Below, one piece after another: positions 26,410 through 37,750 of a stretch of 64,000 nt of DNA (the first letter of the stretch is position 1; each line of letters opens with the position of its first letter). A program made the position numbers and the translations under genes. Below the pieces are notes generated by a model, which had not been told where the DNA came from, made no database searches, and saw only the letters and a program-made list of their open reading frames with translations. Source of the stretch: Hydrolagus affinis (Eukaryota); contig JAAILG010001046.1 in assembly GCA_012026655.1 (NCBI GenBank), forward strand, positions 1 through 64,000, written 5' to 3'.

Positions 26410-26777
26410 CTATAATTAAAATGGTTATTTTAGAATATTCTTCATCTCCAGCATTAAACCCAATATTTATACCTTAACAATACACATCTTAATTGTTGCT
26501 GAAACAACTACTATAAAGGTATTGGTGTATTTCAACATGAAAATATGAGGTCTAACCAAGGTTTTGTATAAACTGAATACCAGTTTCTCTTTGGGTCCTC
26601 TGGATATAAAACACAAGATCTCATGGGCCATTTTTACAGTCTTATCTACCCGTGTAGCTATTTTTATTAGAGATTTGTAGAGACTAATCAGAAGAATATG
26701 ATTTACTCTGGATATATATATGCTGCAAATTTTAATTGACTGAACATAGATGTTTTAAGCAAAGTCAATATGAATAC

Positions 26778-26926
26778 CTGGAAGTTGGTGCGTGCACAGA
26801 CCAGCCGAAATCTGCAATCTTCAACTGTCCATCACTACCAAGCAGCAGGTTCTCTGGCTTAATGTCTCTATGAATCACCTTCTTTGAATGGCAGTACAGA
26901 AGTGCATCGGCCAACTGAGTCATATA
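26778..26926 (-). CDS. AURKA: Aurora kinase A, coding exon 6
   Basis: 149 nt; [49 protein letters not shown] (HRD and DFG motifs). Confidence 0.96.
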
Positions 26927-27047
26927 CTGCAAAGCAAAGTTAGTTCATATATTAGCCATAGAATAATTAAAATATTCCTGTGTTTGTAGATCACCAAGCC
27001 AATAATACATGACAAAAAGAGGATATGTTGTTATGGAAGCAAATTCA

Positions 27048-27353
27048 ATATAATAATCCTTGCATTTGATATAGCGGTTTTCATGTCTTCTAAACGTCTC
27101 AAAGCACCTCACAGAATATACTGTAAAGTGAACTGACTGTATATTTTGTGGGTGAAACCCGTCAGCCAATTGTGCACAGCAGTGTCCCGCAGAGTCATGG
27201 ATTGAAATGATCAATTGGATTTTTTTTACTGAGTGATTATTATTAGGTATGTGAAGCAAGGAAACTTGCCCAAAGTTTCGTCCTGCCTGAAATTGAACCC
27301 AGGTCTCCCGCTTGCATGGTGAGTGTTCTAACAACTAAGCTACAGGACTCCAC
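27048..27353 (-). mobile_element. Full-length SINE, short class
   Basis: Head gtggagtcctgtagcttagttgttagaac begins 40 nt after an AURKA splice donor. Confidence 0.9.
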
Positions 27354-27393
27354 GTCCTTGCAAATCTTCAAATAATAAACAATAATTGAATAC

Positions 27394-27532
27394 CATAGCA
27401 GTCTTCGCTTCATCAAACTTTCCACATTTCATCAACTCTTTGTAAAGTTCCCCACGAGGTGCATATTCCAAGATAAGGTAAACTTTGGATGTATCATGGA
27501 AATAGCCAAATAGCCTCAGGATATTCGGATGT
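27394..27532 (-). CDS. AURKA: Aurora kinase A, coding exon 5
   Basis: 139 nt; [46 protein letters not shown]; the Gly in LFGYF is the Aurora-A-type G198 equivalent. Confidence 0.96.
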
Positions 27533-27989
27533 CTGTGGAAAGTTACAACACGTTTATGCAAACTTGAGAATGCTTTTACAATGAAGCAAATGGATAACAA
27601 AGATTTATACAGTAGTAGAATAACCCAACCAACATTAAACAGATTAATAATAATAATCCTTGCATTTGATATTGCGCTTTTCACATCTTATCAACGTCTC
27701 AAAGCGCTCCACAGAATATACTGTGAAGTGAATTGATTGTATATTTGTGGACGAATTAAGTCAAATTTCCCCCGGCAGAGCATGGGATACTTTGCCACAA
27801 GTAGCCATTGAAGCTCAGAACACAAGTACGGGAATATTTTGAAGTATTCGAAGAGCAAAGACTAAAGAAGTTAGCTTTAGTAGGAAAGCAAGCACATCTC
27901 ACAGTAATTAGCATAATTACACTATATCGAACGCAAGGACTACCTCAAAGCCCCATACTGGAGACTTCACATTCAGTTTAGGCTGATCT

Positions 27990-28180
27990 CCAATATAATC
28001 CCTCAAAAAGAATAATAATTTGGTCACTCAATCCATGACTGTTTGTGGGACACTGTTATGTGCACCTAGTTGTCATATTTTGCATATACAATGTACTCAA
28101 TTCACTTTACAATATATTCTGTGAAGCGCTTTGAGACATCAACTGCGTGTTAAGGCACTATATCAAATGCAAAAAATAAT
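27990..28180 (+). mobile_element. SINE 3' half
   Basis: ataatccctcaaaa...gactgtttgtgggacactg...gaagcgctttgagac...atcaaatgca. Confidence 0.85.
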
Positions 28181-28323
28181 TAGTTAGAAGCATCAGCATG
28201 GAGGTAATTGACTGAATATATGCTTTAAAATCTGCAATCTAGTTTATTTTTGCTTTTTAAAAAACAATTGGTTACATTTGCTTCCATCGTTTATCACCCA
28301 CCAAGAATAAAAGGCAAGTTTAC

Positions 28324-28515
28324 CTGAGGTGCGACTGTATTTCAACTTCTCTTCTGATCTGATGTTCTACACCAGCTTTCTCCAACTGGAACTTAAACAG
28401 CACCTTCAGCGCCAGGATAAATTTAGATCGTCTCTCACGGGCCAAATACACGTTCCCAAATTTCCCTTTACCAAGTGGACGGCCAACTTCAAAGTCATCC
28501 ATACACCATTGTTTT
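28324..28515 (-). CDS. AURKA: Aurora kinase A, coding exon 4
   Basis: 192 nt; [41 protein letters not shown]...[10 protein letters not shown] (Gly loop, catalytic Lys). Confidence 0.96.
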
Positions 28516-28964
28516 CTAAAAAAGATTAATATAGGATAAAATGTAAATGGGTCAAAATATTGGATGCAAGATACTCCAGTATCCACTTCCACTGTCAGGT
28601 TAACAGCCACTATATGGATGCACTTGAAAAGCCAAGTTTCTAGTTTATCAGTGGACACAATATTACACTAATAATCTATACAAATATCTCAATTTACTTC
28701 AATATATTAGTTCTTCCATATCCAGTCTGCTCAATATGGTGTTGTGCAGTCCCTGAAATAACATTGTATCGCCACCCCAAACTTTCAGTTCATACGCTGT
28801 GCATCCATCTAATCCATTTTGCCTACCAAAGGCAAGCTCTTTCCATCATTAATAAAGCAGACACTTGTTGTGCATTTGCATGTAACCCTCCCCCAAACAG
28901 GTAGGAAAACAAGAGAAAACAGCTTTAATTCCCCACTGCTCATATCCAATCAAAAAAAACTTAC

Positions 28965-29022
28965 TTCCTTTTTTTTTCAGTTACAGCATTAGAATTCACT
29001 GATAATGCTTCTACAGTTTTGC
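28965..29022 (-). CDS. AURKA: Aurora kinase A, coding exon 3
   Basis: 58 nt; ttcacag|GC...AGGAA|gtaag; KTVEALSVNSNAVTEKKR; phases 1->2 bridge the flanking exons. Confidence 0.82.
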
Positions 29023-30001
29023 CTGTGAATAAAAGTAACATTGCTCAATCAGTTCTCCTTTGAATCAAGTTAACATGGGGTATCAAGTTTGCAAGTCAAG
29101 ATCCTGACAATTGTTTTCAAATCCCTTCTAACCCGCTGCCTTGCCCTTTCCTTCCCCATCTTCAGGGTGCGCCTGAAGACTTTCCACTTCAACAGTATCT
29201 ACGGATTACCTAACCCATCCCTCAGCTCGGTGTCATGCTCTGCCAAACGCTCTGGGACACTGCCATGAACAAGGTACGCTACACACAGTAGTTGTATTAT
29301 TTGTCTGATTATGTGCTGAGGTAGATAAAGATTCTAGCAATAATCAGAGGTCTCCCAAGAGATGACATTTTACATAAAAATCTGATTGGAACAATTTATA
29401 GATGCCAACCATTACTAAATGGCTGTAGTCACCAATTTAAGAAAAAAGCCCTCACAACTGAAAAGTGCTACACTAATCAACAGTGAACAGGACCTTGAGA
29501 TTGAAACATGAAATGCATTACATGAATTGGTTATTGAAGGAGCAATTTTAACTTTGCATTACATTCCTTTGGCAGTATAATCTTGCTCAACAACAACAAA
29601 ATTGCACTTATATAGCGCCTTTCACGTCGGGAGGACGTCCCAAAGCACTGAACAGTCTGGTCGGGACCCGAGCGAGGGTGGGGGGGTGGTGGTCGAAGGT
29701 GGATGGGGGCAAGGCCATGAATATATCACATATCTGGAGACGATAGTTAAAGGGCTCTACACCTCAAAGTGTACTTCAGTTGAGTCATTGAGTGAATTTT
29801 TCCCCGCTCAGGGCTGGCAGAACATTCGGTGTAGCAACACATGGCCCGAAGAGGAAAGCAAAGTCACTCACACCCACCAGCAGCCAGTTCAGAATGACAC
29901 AAATTTGTCACAATTTGTGATGCCCCAAATTCGGCATTGGCAAATTGACATTGCTCCTTCCAATGCCCAAGTCCAGACCATTTAATATATAAATATTATA
30001 C

Positions 30002-30317
30002 CATTAACTGGTGTCTGTCTAGATGATGTGCTGGCTTGACTTGTAGACACTTGGCAAAGTGGTTGAGCGTCTGGTTTTTGGCAAGCCTCCTGCTTCGGTT
30101 GTGACTGCCCTGTTGTCTTTGATGGTTTGGCTTGGTGGACTGGCACACGAGCCTGGAGTGAGCTAGAATTGTCAGATGATGGGTGAGTTTGAAGAGGAAC
30201 ACGTAGGGGGCCTGTGTTTAAAGCAGGCTTAAAAGGCTGTGCTGTACCAGTTGGAGGACAGTTCTGAGATTGCTGCTGCGTTACTGGAACACGTTCTGGA
30301 GCATCTGAACATAGAAT
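30002..30317 (-). CDS. AURKA: Aurora kinase A, coding exon 2 (disordered N-terminus)
   Basis: 316 nt open frame, tttag|ATT...AATG|gtata; ILCSDAPERVPVTQQ...GPLRVPLQ resembles human GPKRVLVTQQ...QRVPLQ. Confidence 0.85.
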
Positions 30318-31194
30318 CTAAACACAAGATGGAATTTAAATTATTAAACATCACAAAATTGATACTAATTCCTAGTTAGACAAGTTATCACACAAACTAT
30401 TGGTCCCAACCTCTAAAGCAGCCAAGGATCAAAATGATCTAAATGCAGGTCATTTCAATGCCCCTGGGCTAGAGTAGGGGAAGGGAGAGTAATTGATAAT
30501 TACATTCCTATACATTAAGTAACCTCAGCAAATAGAAAATGTAGAAGTGCAATCTAAGAAGACAATGTCTCAAAGCGCTTCACAGAATATAAAGTGAATT
30601 GATTGTATATTTGTGGGCAAAATGTGGCAGCCAATGGGCTAACGCTTAAACGAGCGTTAAAACGTTCAATTTTAAAAACCACCCTGAATTTTCATGTAAA
30701 TGCCGTAATCAAATGTTTCAGTTAACAGTGGCCTTGTAAGCACCATACGCACAAGAATAATCACACCAGCAATTAGAATTAGGGGGAGTGGAACAATACA
30801 CTCCGTGAAATCTCTATTTTTAATTTTGTTGAAGTCTGATTCCGAACCACCAGAATATTGGGCAACAAGGTTTAACATGGTGACCTAAGTTAAAAAAAAT
30901 CAAAACACCATATTACAAGGGAGTAAGAAAATAAAATAACATCTGGGTGGCTACTTCGAGTGTGTTGCAAATGTGCACACCACGTACAAGAAGCAATGCT
31001 AACATCACTGTGCACCAATTGATATCAGCAGTAATTATTGATCAGCCTATTTTAGCACAGGAAAGTGGCCGAGGACTGTTGGGAGTCTGCAGCTAATCTA
31101 GTAACTGCAGCTGGTCTACAACACGCCCATGTTAAAAGCAAAAAACCACCCTAGCAAAGCACATAACAGGCATTTCTCCAGAGGAGCCCTGTAG

Positions 31195-31680
31195 TGCTTC
31201 AAAGAATATATAGTCAATTCACTTTACAGTATATGTGGGCAAAATATGGATGCCAATTGCACACAGCAGTGTCCCACAAACAGTAATGGATAGAAATGAC
31301 CAATTTATTATTCTTTTGACGGATTATTATCAGGCGTGTGGTATAAGGAAATTTGCCCAAAGTTTGCCCTGCGTGGAATTAAACCCAGGCCTCTCACTTG
31401 TAGGCCTCTAACCAGTGAGCTACAATAAGGAGGAACCTGGTGGTGGTGGTTAGTCGATTGGAGGATCTTTGCTTGGGGGTAAAAATCTAAGAATAAATTG
31501 GTCACTTCAATCCACTAACTGTTTGAGGAACACTGCTGTGCACAAATGGCTGTCATGTTTCACCCACAAAATATACAGTCAATTCACTTGACGGTATATT
31601 CTATGAACAACAACAACTTAAACTTATGAAGCGTCTGAAAGATGCGAAAATGTGCTATTTCAAATGCAAGAATTATTATT
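31195..31680. mobile_element. Abutting inverted SINE pair: (-) 31195-31424 short class, (+) 31428-31680 5'-truncated long class
   Basis: Both bodies are readable; junction at gagctaca|ataaggaggaacctgg. Confidence 0.8.
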
Positions 31681-31795
31681 AGCATTTTTAGATTATAGAC
31701 CAGCGCTCAGCACTTTATTGAGCAAAACAGCTGACTGTACCACACAAAATTCTGAGAAATGTTAAATTTCCCATACATGTTAACATACACATAAG

Positions 31796-32202
31796 CTAGG
31801 TTTATTCTCTTTGGAACAGAGAAGTTTGAGAGGAGACCTAATTGAGGTTTATAAAATCATGAGGGGATTCGACAGGGTGAATAAGGAAAAACTGTTTCCA
31901 CTGGTGGGCGAACCTGTGGCTCGTGGTCAGATTTAAAATAGTTTCAAAATGAAGCAGAGGGGAGCTGAGGAGATCTTTTTTCACTCAGTGGGTTGTTCGA
32001 ATCTGGAATGCATTGCCTGAAAAGGTGGTGGAAGCCGATTCGACAACAGCTTTTAAAAGAGAATTAGATCTTTATTTAGGGAGAACAGGTCAGTTAGGTT
32101 ATGGGGGGAGAGCTGGGCAGTGGGATTGAGTTGCTCTTTTCAAAGAGCCGGCACAGATTAGATGGGCCGAATGGCCTCCTTTTGTGCCATAAGATTCTAT
32201 GA
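31796..32202 (+). mobile_element. CR1-type LINE 3' end
   Basis: LGLFSLEQRSLRGDLIEVYKIMRGFDRV.. ORF2 end; tail gggccgaatggcctcct...attctatgat. Confidence 0.9.
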
Positions 32203-32321
32203 TACATTCGATTATACAGCATGAATCAAGAAATGATCAAGAACTTCTTTGGGGGCCGATCATGTTTGCCACTATTGGTTTAGCTTCAGCTTATTAACAT
32301 TTCAACTGGAAAATAAAATAC

Positions 32322-32363
32322 CTTTGTAACTGCAGATCTCCCTCCTTGAGCCATTTTGTCCAT
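32322..32363 (-). CDS. AURKA: Aurora kinase A, coding exon 1 (start; exon begins about 32380)
   Basis: ATG GAC AAA...ACA AAG|gtatt = MDKMAQGGRSAVTK, 14 codons like human MDRSKENCISGPVK; tttttag acceptor 17 nt upstream of the ATG. Confidence 0.8.
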
Positions 32364-33679
32364 TTAAATTGAGAGAAACTCTAAAAAGAAACTTCAAGTT
32401 AGATGCATTAAGTTTCAGTAAAGGATACCCATAGGAATCCCCAGCCCATCAAAGATTGCTGGTTGAGGCCGGTTGATACAGGCTGAGGCCAATCTAATTT
32501 TTGTTGAATTTCCCATCAATAGTCACTCCACATTGCATAATATCCACTTAAGACAATTTGATGTGACAAAACACCATATCAAGATTTTTTTTAAAAATGA
32601 AATAGGTTTTCAAATTATGTTTCCAACTATCTGTGGTTGCAACAACAGCTAAATTGAATGCTTGCAACCAACATAAAACAAAAACTCAAGCTGAGAGAAG
32701 AGTTGGAACAAGACAAGAAACACCAATCCTGAAGCTAATAAGACAAGACCACGGCAATCTTCAGTCTTAAAATCAGAGCTGAACCTAATTCAGAGATGAA
32801 ATTAGAAAACATTTCTTCACACAGGAAGGAAAGTGAAAATGCCAAGCAGACAAGCATTTGGGATGTTAAGATGGGCATTTTCAGGTCAGCCATCGTCCCA
32901 ACAAGGAAGAGGGGCGATGGCCTTTACCGCCCACTTGGAAACACCGATTTTTAAATATATATCAGGCACAAAAAGCTCACTTGCTCGTCCCACTAAAAAC
33001 CACAGTTGGACTGACTGACTGACGCCTAAGGAGAAGATCCGGCGATTCCTTTAGTAGCATGGCAGAAGTTGTGGAGGGAAATTTGGCGAGGAGGAAACCA
33101 AAGCGAGGCATGTATCTCCAGCATTTACTTAATCTTAATAAACGGGGAAGAGAGAACCGGCAGACAATTTAGCTGCTTCCTACAAATAGTCCATTTCCCC
33201 CACAAATGATCACTCCGCGTCGCACAGGGATGTTTGGGTGTGATACGACACAATATATGTGCCAAACGCAAAGTTTGGTTAAAGAAACGTTTATAAATTG
33301 TGCTTCCGGCGCTGACATGTCCATTCCTATCGCGCTGTAAATGCCTTTTAAGTGCCAGTCCCGGCCGAGTCTATCACATAACCCGCGGATATAATGACCC
33401 CCAGCACCCCATCCCTCCTCTTCTGAGCCAGCAGCCACTCTCAGCCCGGGCTGAGTGAGGGAGGTGAAGGCGCTACCAAAACCCAAGGGCCTCTCTTTCC
33501 ACCCAGGAGTCCCTGGGCGGCCAGCAATACAGCCCGAGGCCCACCTCCTCCTCCTCCCATCCCACAACGACCTGTCCTCCTCCACCTCCACTCCCTCGGC
33601 CCCAACAACCTCTCGATCTCCTGCACCCCCTTTCCCCCCCACCTCCCCAATCCTCCTCAGCCCCTCTCCTCCTCAGTAC

Positions 33680-33885
33680 CGGGGTGTCAGGGTTTGGAGC
33701 TGCCGGTCCCGGAGTGTTAGGGGTTCGAGCCGCTCGAGCTGCCGGTTTGGATTTTCCGTTGAAATTCAAATCCCCGCAGTTTAAAGCATTTAAACCCGCC
33801 GCGCTGTGATTGGCCGACCCCGCCATGTATCTGGCGGGGTATTGGCTGCTCATCCGGCGGCTAGCGACGTCAGACTCACGTGACA
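33680..33885 (-). promoter_or_regulatory. AURKA core promoter / non-coding first exon in a CpG-rich island
   Basis: CCAAT boxes (ATTGG on +) at 33809 and 33841; CHR TTTGAA 33765-33770; TTTAAA at 33780 and 33789; CRE-like 33866-33872; E-box TCACGTGA 33876-33883; possible donor ccg|gtactg at 33680. Confidence 0.75.
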
Positions 33886-33939
33886 GCATACGTTGGGAAG
33901 TGGGGACTGTCTGCCCCTCTCCCACACACACTTACCCCA

Positions 33940-34225
33940 GGGAGGGAGAGAAAGGAAAAGAAGAAAGAAGGGCGAGATGGAGGCAGGGAGGGGGGCGAGA
34001 TGGAGGCAGGGAGGGGGGCAAGGGGTGCGTGTGTGTGGTGGGAGAAATGTGGGGGGGAGTGAGTGGCGGATGTGGGAGAGAAGGGAGTGATGGATGGATG
34101 GAGGGAGGGAAGAAAGAAAGGAGGGAAGAAAGAAAGGAAGGAGGGAGGGAGTGATGGATGGGAGGGAGGGAGGAAGGGAAGAAAGGAGGGAGTGATGGAT
34201 GGATGGGTGGGATGAAAGGGTGGCA
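33940..34225. repeat. Purine-rich low-complexity tract (GGGA/GAAA/GATG units; 23-bp direct duplication)
   Basis: gggcgagatggaggcagggaggg twice in tandem; gggagtgatggatgg three times. Confidence 0.8.
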
Positions 34226-34237
34226 GGTTTAGATGGT

Positions 34238-34545
34238 AATGATAATCCTTGCAGTTTGATATAGCGCCTTGTCGTGTCTTCTAGACGTCTCAGAGCGCTT
34301 CACAGAATAAACTGTAAAGTGAACTGGCTGTATATTTTGTGGGCAAAGCGAGGCAGCCAATTGCGCGTAGCAGTGTCCAACAAACGGTTGTGGATTGAAG
34401 TGACCCATTATTTTTTTTCGAAGGGATTATTACCCCCGGAAAAGCGATCCGCCAATCGACTAATGATGAACTTCCTACTTACTGCTACGTAAACGGAGGA
34501 GTGTGGAGTAAGGAAACTTGCCCAACGTTTCACCACGCTGGGAAT
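34238..34545 (-). mobile_element. SINE, long class, head truncated
   Basis: Contains the reverse complement of the extra block (gatccgccaatcgactaa...ttcctacttactgct..gtaaacggag). Confidence 0.87.
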
Positions 34546-35167
34546 GGAGGTAATGGGGACCTTCTTGGAGCTGAGCTGGCTCTAAAATGAGTTTATAACG
34601 GAATACACACCAGAATAGAGTCCACCCTCTGTTGTACACTCAGTCGTGAGCTGTCTGAGCCAGGCTCTGTATTAATATTCAAGTATATTGGCCCTGTGCT
34701 CCAGGGCACTGCTGGTAATAGATTAACAACAACAAAATTACATTTGTATAGCGTCTTTCACGTCGGGAGGACGTCCCAAGACCAAACAACCAAATTCACT
34801 GGGTGAAGCTATTTTGTAAACCAAATCTAAGGATGCGTGTGTTTTTTTAAAAATGTTTTCAAGATTAACTTGACACAATTCCTGATGCTGGCTGTACAAG
34901 AGAATCTTGTTGAATTCATGGTTGTATTCTCTGATTACTATGTTTTATAACAGTGTTGTTGTTTATTGTACTTGTTCAGTTTTTTTTTACTGAACTCAGG
35001 CCAGGGCAAATTTAGCCAGGGACCCAATACTCCCTAGAAATCGGAGACATATGGCATTAGCAGGATTTGGATGTGCAGATAAGTCACTGAGGACTGGGTT
35101 TTTTCCCAACCAGTTCCTGTTAACTCTGCAAGCCAAACTCGGAGTGGGTAGGGCAGGTCCTAACGAG

Positions 35168-35830
35168 ACAACAACAAAATTACATGTATATAGTGGTTTC
35201 CACGTCGGGAGGACGTCCCAAGGCACTGGACAATTAGTGCTTCGGACCGCAGCTGGGGGTCGGGATCAGGGAGGGTGGAGGGCAGGAGGGAAGGAGAGTT
35301 ATCGGAGGCACGGTTGAGGAGGAGGGTCTGGGTCTTGAAGGAGGCAAAGGAGGGGTTGAGGCGGAAGGAATGCGGGAAGAAGTTTTGGTGGGTGGAGACA
35401 GAGTGGTTGAAGGCCTGCCCGCTAATGGTGGGGTGAGCGAGGTGGGGAATGTGAAGCAGGCCGGAGCCTGCTGAGCACAGAGAGCGGGCACATTGGTAGG
35501 GAGTTAGGAGGTTGCAGAGGTAGAGGGGAGCAAGGCCATGGAGGGTTTTTGAAGGCGAGGACCAGGATCTTGAAATGTATCCACTGTGGAGTCAAGCTAA
35601 GATGTGGGGTGATAGGGTCGCAGAGCCTGGTGTGGGAGAGGACATGGGCTGCAGAATTTTGCATGATTTGTAGCCTATGGTATATGGCATTATTATTGTT
35701 ATGGAAGGAGGAGTTGGGGTGGCAGAAAAGCAGGGAGTTTGCATTGTCAAGCCTGGTGTGAGACAGTGGCAGAGACGAGCGATGTTGCGAAGGTGGGCGA
35801 AGGCAGAGCCAGTCATGGCCCACGGTTGTG
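35168..35830 (-). mobile_element. L2 LINE 3' fragment
   Basis: Minus frame RLDNANSLL...LQIMQNSAAHVL..PITP..IHFKILVLAFK; tail with (TTG)n. Confidence 0.87.
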
Positions 35831-37304
35831 GGGTAGAAAGAATGAGTAGATTGTCAGTCAGTGCTTTCAAAAGCAAGATATGTTTTTAACTGATTAAACT
35901 TCATATTTTTATGTTCCTTTAATTAATATCTATCCTTTATCATGTGTGGAACTATGGCAAAACAAATTGTATTAATGAGAGTTCCTTTCTATGTACTTTT
36001 GATAAAACTGTTCTTGTGTATGTGTTTAAACAATGTTTTTTGTTATATTAGAAATACAAAAGAAAAATAGTGTATTGTTTGTGATTATTCAATTATTCAG
36101 CTCAAATCTTTGATTGCACTATTATATGCGCCCTTGTTTTTTTCATTTATTTCATTCATTTATTGGTATTCAAACTCATCTCAAACGGATCACTCATATT
36201 TTCCGTTTTAAGAGATGTTTCCAAAAAGTTTGGTGTCCTTTGAGCAAAACCCACTTTGCCTTCAACAACTCTGTAGATTCCAAATTCATCTAATTCCAGA
36301 AAATTGTTTCAACATTCTACAATTCTCTGATACTAGAAAGTGCAACAAATATCCTGTACAAATCTGGTTATTGCTACAATATAATTTTTGTGTATTTTTT
36401 TAGTTTTTCTCTGTGCTTTCCCTTGTCCCTTGAAGAGCTACAGCAATACAGTACTTACCACAGTAGTTCCATCAATGAACTCCATGCAGGCAATGGTGGG
36501 TTCCAACTGCAAATAGAAATGGTAAGACGACTCGGACGGAACTTATTACCTACAAACGTGGTGAATACGTAACATTTCCTTGTTCAGCTCGCATAACTTA
36601 TGGGGACAGCGATGTACCATAATCTGAAGCGAAGAACTTAAAATGTGGCAATTCTCACAGAATGGACTTCACTTTTGAGTAAGGCTTGAGTCAGTTGTTC
36701 AATTGGCGGCCCCTTCAAAACATGGTATAGACGTGGTATAGACGGTGTGTGTATATGAGAGACTTGGGACATCCTCCTGACGTGAAAGCCGGTGTAATAT
36801 AATTTATTTGAGACATCAATAAGATGAAAAGCGCTGTTATCAAATGCAAGGATTATTATTTTTTCCCTGTGTTAGCGTATGTTCTACTAATTCCACCTTA
36901 TTTCCAGAACACAGGTATCTATTTAATATGTTAGAAACTTATTGAAAACAACAATGACCAGCTCTCTGTCTCCCCCCCCCCCCACCACACACACCCCCCC
37001 CCCACCCACGTTTGGCAATACTCCTATTTTAGGGAGTGGGGGGAACAAAATGAAGGGGTGGAGACTACATCATGGTTACTGGTAATTTAGAAAGGGAGGG
37101 GTGAAAACACATCCGAGAATGTACAGTAACAGTAGTTTTTAAACCAGGAAATACAAGGCAATGTTCGTCACATGGCGGTGCGATGGCTGAGTTCACAGGA
37201 ACGGAATGCAAAACAATTTTTGGATCCAATTCTGATTCGTCCGCCCAATACTGTACTTGATTTATTCCGCCTGGCAACGGGGTTTTGTGTGTTTGTACGT
37301 TAAG

Positions 37305-37446
37305 TGGGTGAGTGAGTGTGGAGTGTAAGTGAGTGCGTTGTGTGAGTAAGTGTGTGCATTGTGTGCGAGTGAGTATTATGTGAGTGTAAGCGTGTGTGTG
37401 TGTGTGTGTGAGTGAGTGTGTTATATGAGTGTGTGTGTGTGTGTGT
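37305..37446. repeat. (TG)n / (TGAG)n compound microsatellite
   Basis: Read directly. Confidence 0.9.
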
Positions 37447-37649
37447 TTAGGTCTGAGTTGGAGACAGACTCCTTTACAAAGATGGTCGTGGCTTTGACAG
37501 CTGTGAATGGGTGAGAGAGAGAGAGAGGGGGAGAGAGAAGAGCAGAGAATTCTCCTTTACCAAGATGCCGACCCTGTGACTTCAGCCTTCAATGGTTCGG
37601 TCCCCGTCCCCCCCACCCCCCCGCCTCAGGTCTCTGTGTATGAGAGAGA

Positions 37650-37750
37650 GGTTCCGGCGGCAGCTGATCGCAATCCGGGAATTAAAACCGAAAGTGACGG
37701 GGGCAGCTTTTATATAAAGGAGGGGACGACAAGGAAACTGATCAGCTCAG
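37650..37750 (+). promoter_or_regulatory. Interferon-type TATA promoter, probably of ZNFX1
   Basis: ETS site 37652-37657; GAS-like ATCCGGGAA 37673-37681; ISRE-like AAAACCGAAAGT 37684-37695; TATATAAA 37711-37718; Inr-like TCAG with A at 37744. Confidence 0.6.

Noticed and set aside
33169-34154. Cluster of 100-157 aa ORFs
   Set aside because: By-product of the GC-rich promoter/intron and purine tract
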